From NCBI GenBank assembly GCA_046314355.1, contig JBKBWQ010000001.1, positions 544,001 to 608,000 on the forward strand: a stretch of DNA of 64,000 bases, given 5' to 3'. Numbering within the stretch: position 1 is the first letter of the stretch; each line of letters opens with the position of its first letter. Shown piece after piece: positions 22,129 to 31,114 of this stretch. Below the pieces are notes generated by a model. The model did not search any database, had not been told where the DNA came from, and saw nothing but the letters and a program-made list of their open reading frames with translations. Both the position numbers and the translations under genes were made by a program. Source of the DNA: Candidatus Altimarinota bacterium (lineage in GTDB: Bacteria > Patescibacteriota > Gracilibacteria > 1-14-2-50-48-13).

Positions 22129-22815
22129 TTAATACTTCTCAATCTTTATAGACTCCATCTTTACATCCTCAAGAGGCTTGTCAGATGCATTTGTCTTTAC
22201 CTTTGTAATCTTATCGATTACCTCTAGACCTTCAAATACCTGACCAAATGCAGTGTAACTTCCATCAAGAAATGGAGCATTCTGTACTACAAAGAACTGG
22301 CTTGAAGCAGAGTTCGGTGCTGCTGTCTTTGCCATAGAAAGCGTTCCTTTAAGATGCTTGATACCTCGAGAGAACTCATCTACTAATACCTCACCATTAA
22401 ATGTCTCACCGCCTATTCCAACACCTTTAGGATCTCCTCCCTGTATCATAAATCCATCAATTACTCTATGGAAGATAAGTCCGTCGTAGAATCCTTTCTT
22501 TGCAAGCTCTCTAAAGTTTTCAACAGTCTTTGGAGTATTACACTCGAAAAGCCGTGCTTTCATTACTCCATAAGTAGTAGTAATTACTGCTATCTCTTCT
22601 CCCTTTTCAGGAAGCGCCATCTGATCTGTATTACAATCTGTAGCTGGATTCATCATTGTAGGTGTGTTAGAAATTAAGTTAGTATTCTTATTCTGAGAGT
22701 AAGAATACGCATCCGTAGTAGAATTTGTATTCATATTTATATCCTCAGGAGCATTTGCTGTACTACATGAAGCAAGAGACAGCATAAGAGCAGAAAGGAC
22801 AATAAACTTTTTCAT
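22129..22815 (-). CDS. cyclophilin-type peptidyl-prolyl isomerase lipoprotein
   Basis: Lipobox LASC; FYDGLIFHRVIDGFMIQGGDP. Confidence 0.96.
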   Translation of the reverse strand: MKKFIVLSALMLSLASCSTANAPEDINMNTNSTTDAYSYSQNKNTNLISNTPTMMNPATDCNTDQMALPEKGEEIAVITTTYGVMKARLFECNTPKTVENFRELAKKGFYDGLIFHRVIDGFMIQGGDPKGVGIGGETFNGEVLVDEFSRGIKHLKGTLSMAKTAAPNSASSQFFVVQNAPFLDGSYTAFGQVFEGLEVIDKITKVKTNASDKPLEDVKMESIKIEKY

Positions 22816-22839
22816 AGTGAGGAACAATAAGAGAATAAA

Positions 22840-24198
22840 TTATTTTTCAAGGAGCTCCCCAAGGAGCATCCACTGAATGCCATGTTTGATTTTGACAGGT
22901 ACAATCATACCTGGAATAAGATTTTTCTTTGCAGTAAACTGCACTCTTTTCCAAGATCTTGTAGTCCCTTCAAATCTACCATCTCCTAGTTTCTTTTCAA
23001 TAAGAATTTGTTCAAGTCTTCCTTCATATGTCTTATTTTTTTCTGCTGAAATGCCTTTCAATAGATCATTCAGTCTATGCCATCTTGATGCTTTCTCAGC
23101 TGCAGAAACATCATCCGGCACTCTTCTGGCAGAATATGTTCCCTTTCGAGGAGAGTATCTGGAAGTAAATGACATATCAAAGCCCACTTCTTCAAAAAGT
23201 TTATAGGTATTCATAAATTCCTCCTCTGTCTCTCCGCAGAATCCAACAATGACGTCCGTAGTAATGCATATATCAGGCATGGCTTCTTTCAGTTTTCTGA
23301 CGATTTCCACAAACTGTTCTCTCGTGTATTTTCTATTCATTCTTTTCAGCACCTTGTCATCCCCGCTTTGAGCCGGAAGATGTACATGAGGACACATTGT
23401 CTTCAATTCTACATGTGCGCGGATCAGTTCATCTTTCATATCCATAGGATGCGGAGATGTATATCTCAAACGATCAAGTCCAGGAATCTTATTGAGCTGA
23501 TAGAGTAGCTCTACAAAATTATTCTCAGAATACTCTTTTGTGGAAGATTCATGCTTGTATGAATTTACAGTTTGTCCTAGAAGTGTGACTTCCTTTGCTC
23601 CTCTTGCCACAAGATCCTTTACCTCTTCAATGATCTCCTGCATCGGACGACTAATCTCTCTCTTTCGAGTGAATGGCACAATACAATATGTACAAAATTT
23701 ATCACATCCAGTCTGTACTGGTACGTACACCTGGAATGCAGAAGTATACTCAGGTTTTACCTGAAAGTATGATTCAAGTTCATCTGAATAGTCTTGTCCT
23801 AACTCCTCTTCATAAATCGCTGAGAGAAATTTTGGAACACTTGGAAGATCTTCAATTCGGAAAACAAAATCAAGATCCTCAGATTGCGGAAGTAAATGAT
23901 CCTTACTCACTAATTCCTCAGCAGTATACTTTTTAGCAATACCTGATTCACGCACCATACAGCCAGTCAAACCAATACGAGCTTTAGGATTTTTCTTCTT
24001 CATCTCTGCAAGCTTTCCTACATGTCCCCATACCTTATCTTCAGCTTTCTGCTTCACTGAACATGTGTTCATAATGACAAGATCTGCAGTGACAGGATCT
24101 TCTTCATACTCAAACCCCGCACTTTTCAGCATCGTATTGATACGCTCAGAGTCAGAGACATTCATCTGACATCCAAAGGTCATGACGGCAAATTTCAT
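22840..24198 (-). CDS. miaB: tRNA methylthiotransferase MiaB
   Basis: TFGCQMN, NTCSV, GCDKFCTYC radical-SAM motif, TRAM C-terminus. Confidence 0.95.
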   Translation of the reverse strand: MKFAVMTFGCQMNVSDSERINTMLKSAGFEYEEDPVTADLVIMNTCSVKQKAEDKVWGHVGKLAEMKKKNPKARIGLTGCMVRESGIAKKYTAEELVSKDHLLPQSEDLDFVFRIEDLPSVPKFLSAIYEEELGQDYSDELESYFQVKPEYTSAFQVYVPVQTGCDKFCTYCIVPFTRKREISRPMQEIIEEVKDLVARGAKEVTLLGQTVNSYKHESSTKEYSENNFVELLYQLNKIPGLDRLRYTSPHPMDMKDELIRAHVELKTMCPHVHLPAQSGDDKVLKRMNRKYTREQFVEIVRKLKEAMPDICITTDVIVGFCGETEEEFMNTYKLFEEVGFDMSFTSRYSPRKGTYSARRVPDDVSAAEKASRWHRLNDLLKGISAEKNKTYEGRLEQILIEKKLGDGRFEGTTRSWKRVQFTAKKNLIPGMIVPVKIKHGIQWMLLGELLEK

Positions 24199-24353
24199 AG
24201 ATTCTTGTAAGTCATAGTGGAAATATATTAGGGAAAGTTTTAAAAATGGCAAGAGAGGGATACAGAGAATAAACTACTGAATATTGACATCTATTTGATT
24301 TTGCGTATTTTTCATCTGGTTATTATTATGAGTTCTAAAAAAGGAGAACCGAG

Positions 24354-24704
24354 ATGAGTAGCCAGGAAAATAAAAAATTTGAAAGTATTATGGTATTAGA
24401 TGATGCAAGTGCATTATCTCCAAGTGAAATCTGGAAAAAGGTAAATGTCGAGCGCAGTGATGACTTATTGGTGTCACTTCTGACAATTATGCCAGATAAT
24501 GAAAGGGATTTGCAAAGAGAACATGCTAATAGAATATATGATAGAAAATATTTAAAAGCTGTCTCTCATGCAGAGTGTCCTTTCTCTGTAAAATCTAATC
24601 AAATTGTTGTCAGATGTACCAAGAAAAAAGACATCGCTGAATTCAGACGTTTGCTTAGTTTGCAGGAGATAAAGCAATTTGAAATAATTGCAATCACGAA
24701 ATAA
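24354..24704 (+). CDS. hypothetical ORFan
   Basis: AGGAG SD (24342-24346), TTGACA upstream, terminator at 24714-24739. Confidence 0.75.
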   Translation: MSSQENKKFESIMVLDDASALSPSEIWKKVNVERSDDLLVSLLTIMPDNERDLQREHANRIYDRKYLKAVSHAECPFSVKSNQIVVRCTKKKDIAEFRRLLSLQEIKQFEIIAITK

Positions 24705-24851
24705 CACTTTCTTAAAAGGAAGCTAAAAGCTTCCTTTTATTTTTGCACCACACTTAAAATAAAATCAACACTTGTCAATACTTCATTACACACAGAATTC
24801 CAAAATGTAAAAAAATCTTTATACTAGCTAATGTTTTTAATAACTACGTAT

Positions 24852-25160
24852 ATGTCTCTCACCACCGAACAAATCAAGAAAATCGCGAAACTTGCAAAGC
24901 TTCCTATCAAGAGTGATGAAGAGGCTGAAAAATATGTAAAGGAACTCTCCCCTATCGTAGACTATTTTACTGTACTTCAAGAAGTAGATGTTACAGATGT
25001 TGCCCCTACAGCTCAAGTAACAGGTCTTCAAAATATTACTCATCTTGATACTCCTTCAGATCGTATTGAGACTTTTTCAGAGGATATTTCTGAAAAGACT
25101 ATTAAGGTTAGTCAGCAGTCAAAGACCCTCATGCAGATTAAAGTGCCGAATGTACTTTAG
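24852..25160 (+). CDS. gatC: Asp/Glu-tRNA amidotransferase subunit C
   Basis: IKKIAKLAKL, LQEVDV..PT, IKVPNVL; upstream of gatA. Confidence 0.9.
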   Translation: MSLTTEQIKKIAKLAKLPIKSDEEAEKYVKELSPIVDYFTVLQEVDVTDVAPTAQVTGLQNITHLDTPSDRIETFSEDISEKTIKVSQQSKTLMQIKVPNVL

Positions 25161-25177
25161 TTTCGTTATCCATAATG

Positions 25178-25259
25178 TGTCATTCCGGGCCTGACCCGGA
25201 ATCTAAAAATATAGATAGCAATCCAAGCTTTAAGATACCGGATCAAGTCCGGCATGACA
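25178..25259. repeat. REP-like doublet (GTCATTCCGG family)
   Basis: TGTCATTCCGGGCCTGACCCGGAATCT ... AGATACCGGATCAAGTCCGGCATGACA as an inverted pair. Confidence 0.8.
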
Positions 25260-25289
25260 TACTCCATCGCACTCATTACAACTCACTAT

Positions 25290-26717
25290 ATGCCATCCAG
25301 AATCAAAGCCCTTCACGCCCAACTCACTTCAAAAGCAATTTCAGCAAAGGAATTAGCTACAGAATATTTAAATAGAGCAAAAGAGCAGAATCCCACACTA
25401 AATGCTTTTATTACAATATCTGAAGAGAGAGCTCTTGCTCAAGCAGAAGCCATAGATGTAAAAATTGCAAAAGGAGAAAATATCTCACTTCTTGCTGGTA
25501 TTCCTGGATCCATTAAAGATGTCCTAAATACGGAGGGCGTTCAGTCCACAGGAGCATCTAAAATCCTTGATGGTTACATACCTCCTTTTTCTGCTACAGT
25601 AGTAAAGAAACTTGAGGACCAGGGGCTCGTTATGATCGGGAAAAATAACTGTGATGAATTCGCCATGGGAGGTTCAAATGAGAATTCTGCATATGGAGTC
25701 GTCAAAAATCCAAAGGATATAGAAAGAGTCCCAGGAGGATCATCAGGAGGTTCAGCGGCGGCGGTTGCGGCAGATATGTCTGTATACTCTATTGGTACAG
25801 ACACAGGAGGATCTATCCGCCAGCCAGCAGCATTTACTGGTACTGTAGGTATGAAAGTCACTTACGGACGAGTCTCTCGTTTTGGAGCTATGGCTATGGC
25901 ATCTTCCTTTGATACTATTGGACCAATCACACAGGGTGTCGAAGATGCAGCAATAGTACTTGAAAGTATCGCAGGCAGAGATAGCAATGACTCTACAACT
26001 CTCCAGGCACCAGTAGAAAAGTATACTTCCCTCCTTCAAAATGATATCTCTGGACTCCGCATTGGTCTTCCAAAAGAGTACTTTGCAGAGGGACTTGATC
26101 CTATTATAAAAGAGAAGGTACTTGCAGCAGTAGAACTATTAAAAAAGAAAGGAGCCGTAGTCAAAGAAGTAAGCCTTCCGCTTACTAAATATGCTGTAGC
26201 GCTTTACTATATTGTTGTACCAGCGGAGGTAAGCTCAAATATGTCCCGTTATGACGGTATACGTTTTGGACCAACTATTTCAAATCCAAAAGACCTTGAA
26301 GAGCTCTATCTTGAAAATAGATATAATGGCTTTGGAAAAGAAGTAAAACGAAGAATAATGATGGGAAGCTATGTGCTCTCTCACGGATACTATGATGCAT
26401 ATTACAAGAGAGCTCAACAGGTAAGAACAAAGATTATTGCAGAGTTCAATGACATCTTTAAAGAAGTAGATATTCTAGCTACTCCAGTAACTCCTACCCT
26501 TCCTTACAAATTTGGTGAGCATTCTGATCCGCTCAGCATGTATCTAGAAGACGTGTATACAATTCCAGCTTCTGCGGCAGGAATTCCAGGATTAGTATTA
26601 CCAGTAGGATATGAGGGGCATTTGCCTATTGGAATACAGTTACTTGCGCCTCAACTTCAGGAAGGGAGACTGCTCAATGCAGGATGGTGGATGGAGCAGG
26701 AACTTTCTCTTAAGTAA
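25290..26717 (+). CDS. gatA: Asp/Glu-tRNA amidotransferase subunit A
   Basis: PGGSSGGSAAAVA, GTDTGGSIRQPA, RYDGIRFG, EVKRRI. Confidence 0.98.
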   Translation: MPSRIKALHAQLTSKAISAKELATEYLNRAKEQNPTLNAFITISEERALAQAEAIDVKIAKGENISLLAGIPGSIKDVLNTEGVQSTGASKILDGYIPPFSATVVKKLEDQGLVMIGKNNCDEFAMGGSNENSAYGVVKNPKDIERVPGGSSGGSAAAVAADMSVYSIGTDTGGSIRQPAAFTGTVGMKVTYGRVSRFGAMAMASSFDTIGPITQGVEDAAIVLESIAGRDSNDSTTLQAPVEKYTSLLQNDISGLRIGLPKEYFAEGLDPIIKEKVLAAVELLKKKGAVVKEVSLPLTKYAVALYYIVVPAEVSSNMSRYDGIRFGPTISNPKDLEELYLENRYNGFGKEVKRRIMMGSYVLSHGYYDAYYKRAQQVRTKIIAEFNDIFKEVDILATPVTPTLPYKFGEHSDPLSMYLEDVYTIPASAAGIPGLVLPVGYEGHLPIGIQLLAPQLQEGRLLNAGWWMEQELSLK

Positions 26718-26722
26718 GGTTC

Positions 26723-26962
26723 ATGGTATTCAAAATAATATTAGGAATACTTATTATAGGAATTGTAGGTTTAGCAGGATATATCATTTTGATGCAGCAA
26801 TTATCCTCACCTTTAATACTAGATTCTCAAGAAATAGCTCATCCTGCCGATCAAACTACATGGGAAGAATTGCAAACTATAAATAAGAGCAATATTGAAG
26901 CTATGAAAGGCAAGTTGGAAGATCCTCTAAAGAGAGATTTTTTTCAGAGGGATGACATTTGA
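26723..26962 (+). CDS. membrane-anchored ORF, possibly the N-terminal fragment of a DUF4375 gene
   Basis: N-terminal TM; frame stays open after the TGA at 26960-26962. Confidence 0.6.
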   Translation: MVFKIILGILIIGIVGLAGYIILMQQLSSPLILDSQEIAHPADQTTWEELQTINKSNIEAMKGKLEDPLKRDFFQRDDI

Positions 26963-27054
26963 GATTTGCATGGATTAAGAAAAGAAAATATTTTATCTGC
27001 TTCACCTCCTGATACTCTCTCGTTACTTTTTGATTATTCTTACTATTTAAATGA

Positions 27055-27435
27055 GAAGAGAGTACCTTCACTGCCATTAGAAAGCAACCGCTTCCACTAC
27101 AAATCGCCTTCACAGTCTGGGACTTGCAAGGGGAAGTAAACAACGGAGGATACCAGCAGTATTTCGATAATTCATCTGGTCAATATAAGCATCTTATTGT
27201 GAATAATCTGAAAACTATTGGCGCATTTCAGACAGCACAGCTAACAGAAGAGGCAATAAAACTATATGAATCTTTTAGCGCTATTGATAGTGATTTATCT
27301 GACTCTGAAAAAATAAGAGATAGTTATTCGGAAGCATCTTATGAGCTTAGTAAAAAATTCTATGCCTCAACTGAGCATTTAGACGAATTAGTAAAAAACT
27401 ATGTAGTGAAGCATATAGATGAAATCGCACTATAA
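27055..27435 (+). pseudogene. DUF4375 (DMP19-like) domain fragment
   Basis: VWDLQGEVNNGGYQQYFDNS motif; frame opens at 27055 without a good start. Confidence 0.65.
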
Positions 27436-27446
27436 TTACATATAAA

Positions 27447-28235
27447 CTAGTTTTTTATACTAGTTATACATTCGTTTTGGTAATCTTTTTCTTTTATTTC
27501 CCCATAACTAAAAGAAGTGCTGAGCCCCTCACAAAGCTTTTTATCCTTCTTCTCCACTGCATTTATCATCCCCATTTCCTGACTACAAAGCTGCCGTAGA
27601 TCCATATCCAAGATAGTTCCACAGTCTACTTTCTTCCTATCCTTCACTAACTCCATCACAGCACTATACTGATTTTTAGTTATTAAACATCTATCCTTGT
27701 CTATTGTGCTTGCAAACTGGTTACAGTCAGCATCCTTTTGTATTACTGCCATACAGCCGTTTTTTAGATCACTACTTTGAATTTTTTCACAGAAAGTACT
27801 ATCCTGTTTTTTTTCTGCTAATAGATGATGGATGCTATCTTCGCACGCAATTATTAGTTGTTGTGAAGGTAGTTCTTTACAAGTTTCAATATTCTCATCC
27901 TTCTGAGATTTTGAAAGCACTACACTATTGATACAACTTTCTCTATTTTGAGTCTCAAGTACATCACATAAAAGCTTATCCCCCTCTTCCCTAGCCTGAA
28001 GAGAGATAAAATCTCTTTTACAATCCTCTTGTAGAGTTTTGGTAGAAGCTTTTTTACATTCATCCACATTCCCTGCTATCACAGCAGCTTGAAAATCCTT
28101 CTGTGATATGGGGGTTTGGTTTTCTATTAACACACCTGAGGAATTTAAATTTTGTGAAATACTCTGCTCTACAGTCCCGCAAGATGCAAGCAGAGCAAGA
28201 CTAAGACATAGAATAAGTGAAGAAGAAAATCGCAT
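27447..28235 (-). CDS. Cys-repeat lipoprotein
   Basis: Lipobox LASC; repeated C-x(9-10)-C units. Confidence 0.8.
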   Translation of the reverse strand: MRFSSSLILCLSLALLASCGTVEQSISQNLNSSGVLIENQTPISQKDFQAAVIAGNVDECKKASTKTLQEDCKRDFISLQAREEGDKLLCDVLETQNRESCINSVVLSKSQKDENIETCKELPSQQLIIACEDSIHHLLAEKKQDSTFCEKIQSSDLKNGCMAVIQKDADCNQFASTIDKDRCLITKNQYSAVMELVKDRKKVDCGTILDMDLRQLCSQEMGMINAVEKKDKKLCEGLSTSFSYGEIKEKDYQNECITSIKN

Positions 28236-28295
28236 GAAATTTAGTGAGAAATACATGGAGAGCTTAGAGTATTTTTAAGAAAAGCTCAAGGTGAG

Positions 28296-28322
28296 TGTCA
28301 TTCCGGGCGTGATCCGGAATCT
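28296..28322. repeat. single REP-like unit (GTCATTCCGG family)
   Basis: TGTCATTCCGGGCGTGATCCGGAATCT, near-identical to 25178-25204. Confidence 0.8.
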
Positions 28323-28343
28323 TAAAGGATGGTTAAGCATACT

Positions 28344-28421
28344 GGGCTCGAAGGATAAGGATGAGGATAAGGGATAAGAATCAAGGAGACATCCCTATCC
28401 TTAATTCTTATCCTAATCCTT
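28344..28421. repeat. GGATAA simple-repeat inverted array
   Basis: AGGATAAGGATGAGGATAAGGGATAAG...CCCTATCC..CTTATCCTAATCCT; related tracts at 4431-4460 and 11491-11540. Confidence 0.7.
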
Positions 28422-28898
28422 TTAGTGGTGGTACCCCGTCCCCTTAATAATAGAAAACCCTCTATACAACTGTTCCAAAAATAGCAGCCTCACTAGCTGA
28501 TGAGTAAACGTCATCTTCGAAAGACTAATCCTCATCTTAATCATCCCATCCAAAACTTCCTCATCAATACCATAAGCACCTCCGATTAGGAATATCATTG
28601 GAATTCCCTCATACAAATAATTCTCTAATGTAACAGCAAAATCCTCTGAGGACACAGGTTTTCCAAAAATATCCAGATACACAAGCACACCTTCTTTACC
28701 GTTTACCGCCTGCTTAATACGTATAGTCTCTTCTTTACGTTCCCTCTCCATCATCCCCTCAATCAGAAACTTTCCCTCAGGGATAGTAATAGTCTCAAGA
28801 TCAGCGAATCTAGATATTCTTTTCTCAAATTCAGAGATCCCCTCCTGAAGATAACTATCCTTTGTCTTTCCAACTTGTACTAGTGTGACTTTATACAT
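28422..28898 (-). CDS. rlmH: 23S rRNA pseudouridine-1915 N3-methyltransferase
   Basis: VGK, FLIGGAYG, SLSKMTFTHQLVRL, EQLYR, GYHH. Confidence 0.96.
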   Translation of the reverse strand: MYKVTLVQVGKTKDSYLQEGISEFEKRISRFADLETITIPEGKFLIEGMMERERKEETIRIKQAVNGKEGVLVYLDIFGKPVSSEDFAVTLENYLYEGIPMIFLIGGAYGIDEEVLDGMIKMRISLSKMTFTHQLVRLLFLEQLYRGFSIIKGTGYHH

Positions 28899-28930
28899 AA
28901 AAATATTGAGCCAAAAATAGAAACCACCGT

Positions 28931-29046
28931 CCTTGGGGGTTTGGGGGGAGAGAAGCGTCTGATTACTTATAAAAAGCAATATTATTCCGAGACGCTTTTC
29001 TCTCCCCCCAAGACTTTTGGTTACTTTTGGTCACAAAAGTAACAAA
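28931..29046. repeat. GC-rich palindromic intergenic element (MITE/REP-like)
   Basis: TTGGGGGGAGAGAAGCGTCT/AGACGCTTTTCTCTCCCCCCAA stem followed by GTTACTTTTG-GTCA-CAAAAGTAAC hairpin. Confidence 0.65.
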
Positions 29047-29068
29047 GCTTTTGATTCTTTCAAAAGAA

Positions 29069-30250
29069 TTACAACGCCGCTATCCCCGGCAGCGTCCCCT
29101 TCTCTACATACTCTATCATCGCTCCCCCAGCAGTAGAAACATGTGTAAATTCACTAAAATCAATACCTAGTTTCTTCAGTGCATCTACCGTATCACCCCC
29201 GCCAATAAGTGTCTGAGCATCTTTCCTTTTGGCGATAGCCTCAGCTATAAGCTTTGTAGCACCAGCAAATTTCTTTATCTCAAAATACCCAACAGGACCG
29301 TTCCAGATAATAGTCTTTGACTGATTAATTACATTTATAAACTGCTCAACTGTTTCCTTACCAATATCCAGGATCTTCATATTTCCTTCTATGCTATCTA
29401 CTTTCAAGTCAGCACAGAAAGCATTCTCATGTGCTTCATCACATACTATAGCATCTACGGGTATGAGTATTTTCTCTTTCTCTTTTTCAATAGCTAGCAT
29501 AGTCTCTTGTGCAAGTTCTACTTTATCTTTCTCAGATTTTGATAAACCAATATCATAACCACTTGCTTCAAGAAAGGTATTTGCAAGAGCTCCTCCTATA
29601 AGAAAATTATCACATTTCCCAATAAATCTCTTAATAAGTCCTGCCTTTGTATCAATCTTTGCTCCACCTAAGATCAGAGTCATGGGAGTTTTATTCTTAT
29701 CTATCACACTTTTTATTGCCTTTATTTCCTTTGCAAAAAGAAGCCCTATACAGGTTTCATTTACTAATTTTGGTATACCTACAATAGAAGCATGTGCACG
29801 ATGAGAGGCAGAGAAAGCTTCGTTTACATAGACATCAGCAAATTCTGCAAAAAACTTTGCGAAATCAGGATCGTTTTTTTCCTCCCCAGGAAAGAATCTT
29901 AGATTTTCAAAAAGTACAATTTGTCCTTCAGTTTTAGCATTTTCAATAGCAGCTTCTAATAGCTCAGGATCAGTATCTTCTACATACAGTACCTCTTTTT
30001 CCAATGACTTTTCAAGATAGTCCGCAATCGCATCAAGAGCATCCTCCTTCGTTCTCTTTCCTCCAGGTCGACCAAAATGTGTAATAATGACCGGAGTTCC
30101 TCCATGTTCAATAATATAGTTTATGGTTGGCAGACTCAAATCAATACGCGTACTATCAGCTACTTTTCCTTTTGACGTTAAAGACACATTAAAGTCCACA
30201 CGGATCAGTGCAACTTTATCCTTAAAATTAATTTGAGAGAGAGAGTTCAT
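29069..30250 (-). CDS. pgk: phosphoglycerate kinase
   Basis: RVDFNV, THFGRP, ENLRF, HRAHAS, WNGP, GGGDT, STAGGA. Confidence 0.98.
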   Translation of the reverse strand: MNSLSQINFKDKVALIRVDFNVSLTSKGKVADSTRIDLSLPTINYIIEHGGTPVIITHFGRPGGKRTKEDALDAIADYLEKSLEKEVLYVEDTDPELLEAAIENAKTEGQIVLFENLRFFPGEEKNDPDFAKFFAEFADVYVNEAFSASHRAHASIVGIPKLVNETCIGLLFAKEIKAIKSVIDKNKTPMTLILGGAKIDTKAGLIKRFIGKCDNFLIGGALANTFLEASGYDIGLSKSEKDKVELAQETMLAIEKEKEKILIPVDAIVCDEAHENAFCADLKVDSIEGNMKILDIGKETVEQFINVINQSKTIIWNGPVGYFEIKKFAGATKLIAEAIAKRKDAQTLIGGGDTVDALKKLGIDFSEFTHVSTAGGAMIEYVEKGTLPGIAAL

Positions 30251-30358
30251 GAAATTTTTGGCAGAAATAAACAGAAAAAGTATAACATAGCGTCTTTATA
30301 TAATCCAAGCATCTTTAAGAAAAGCCCTGATCCGCAGTCGCGGACAGGGTTTAACGGT

Positions 30359-30904
30359 TTATTGTAAATGCTGGTATATAGTAATTGTGTTTTTGTTCTT
30401 TTCAAAAATAAAACCTCCTTCGTCTTTAGGCAAGCTGTGATCTAAAAGTTCCCAGTAGTCTCTGATAACTGTAAGTGCGTATGCAATGATAATAATCATA
30501 GGTGCATAGACAATTGTTATGCTTTCGTTTCTACAGGTACTCAGATACTCATTTAAAGTATCTTTCACAACTCTACCGACTCGTTTGCATTGTAATACAT
30601 CTTTTTTAGAAAACTTCTCTGGAAACTCTGTGAATGTTTTCACTTCTGAAAGCAGTTCAATCATTCTACCACTTCCCACATTATCGTCTTCGATAAGTTT
30701 GGGAGATAGTTTTCTTTTATGAAAATAAAAGAATAATTGATCATCCACTTTCTCCGCAAATGAACTAGGATATAAAATAATTTGGACATCTTCAGGATGA
30801 AGATGTTTACTTTCATGATTTTTCCTATTCCAAAGAGCATCTAAGATCTTTTCAGAATCCTCACTACTTGTCTGTGGGCAAAAAAATACAAGAATCTTCG
30901 ACAT
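30359..30904 (-). CDS. hypothetical ORFan
   Basis: AGGAGG SD (30910-30915) before ATG 30904 (MSKILVFF). Confidence 0.7.
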   Translation of the reverse strand: MSKILVFFCPQTSSEDSEKILDALWNRKNHESKHLHPEDVQIILYPSSFAEKVDDQLFFYFHKRKLSPKLIEDDNVGSGRMIELLSEVKTFTEFPEKFSKKDVLQCKRVGRVVKDTLNEYLSTCRNESITIVYAPMIIIIAYALTVIRDYWELLDHSLPKDEGGFIFEKNKNTITIYQHLQ

Positions 30905-31114
30905 TTTGTCCTCCTTTCTAACAAAAATTGTGTTTTGGTCAGCCGTGCCCACTCATCTAGTATTTTTGTATGACATTGAAAATTCAAACGCACAGAAATA
31001 TCCTCTGTGATTTTTGTGTAATCCAGCATTGTCAACGAACAAACCTGTAAGGAATTGTAGCTGTACCAGAGTCTACAGTCAAAAGATTCGCAGACTCTGG
31101 TACAGGAGCTATAT

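Noticed and set aside
25175-25375. 66-aa ORF MCHSGPDPES
   Set aside because: Translation of the REP doublet; overlaps gatA out of frame
26960-26962. TGA recoded as Gly (code 25)
   Set aside because: Long conserved genes have no internal TGA, and TGA ends HAD, S9 peptidase, cls and the wHTH gene
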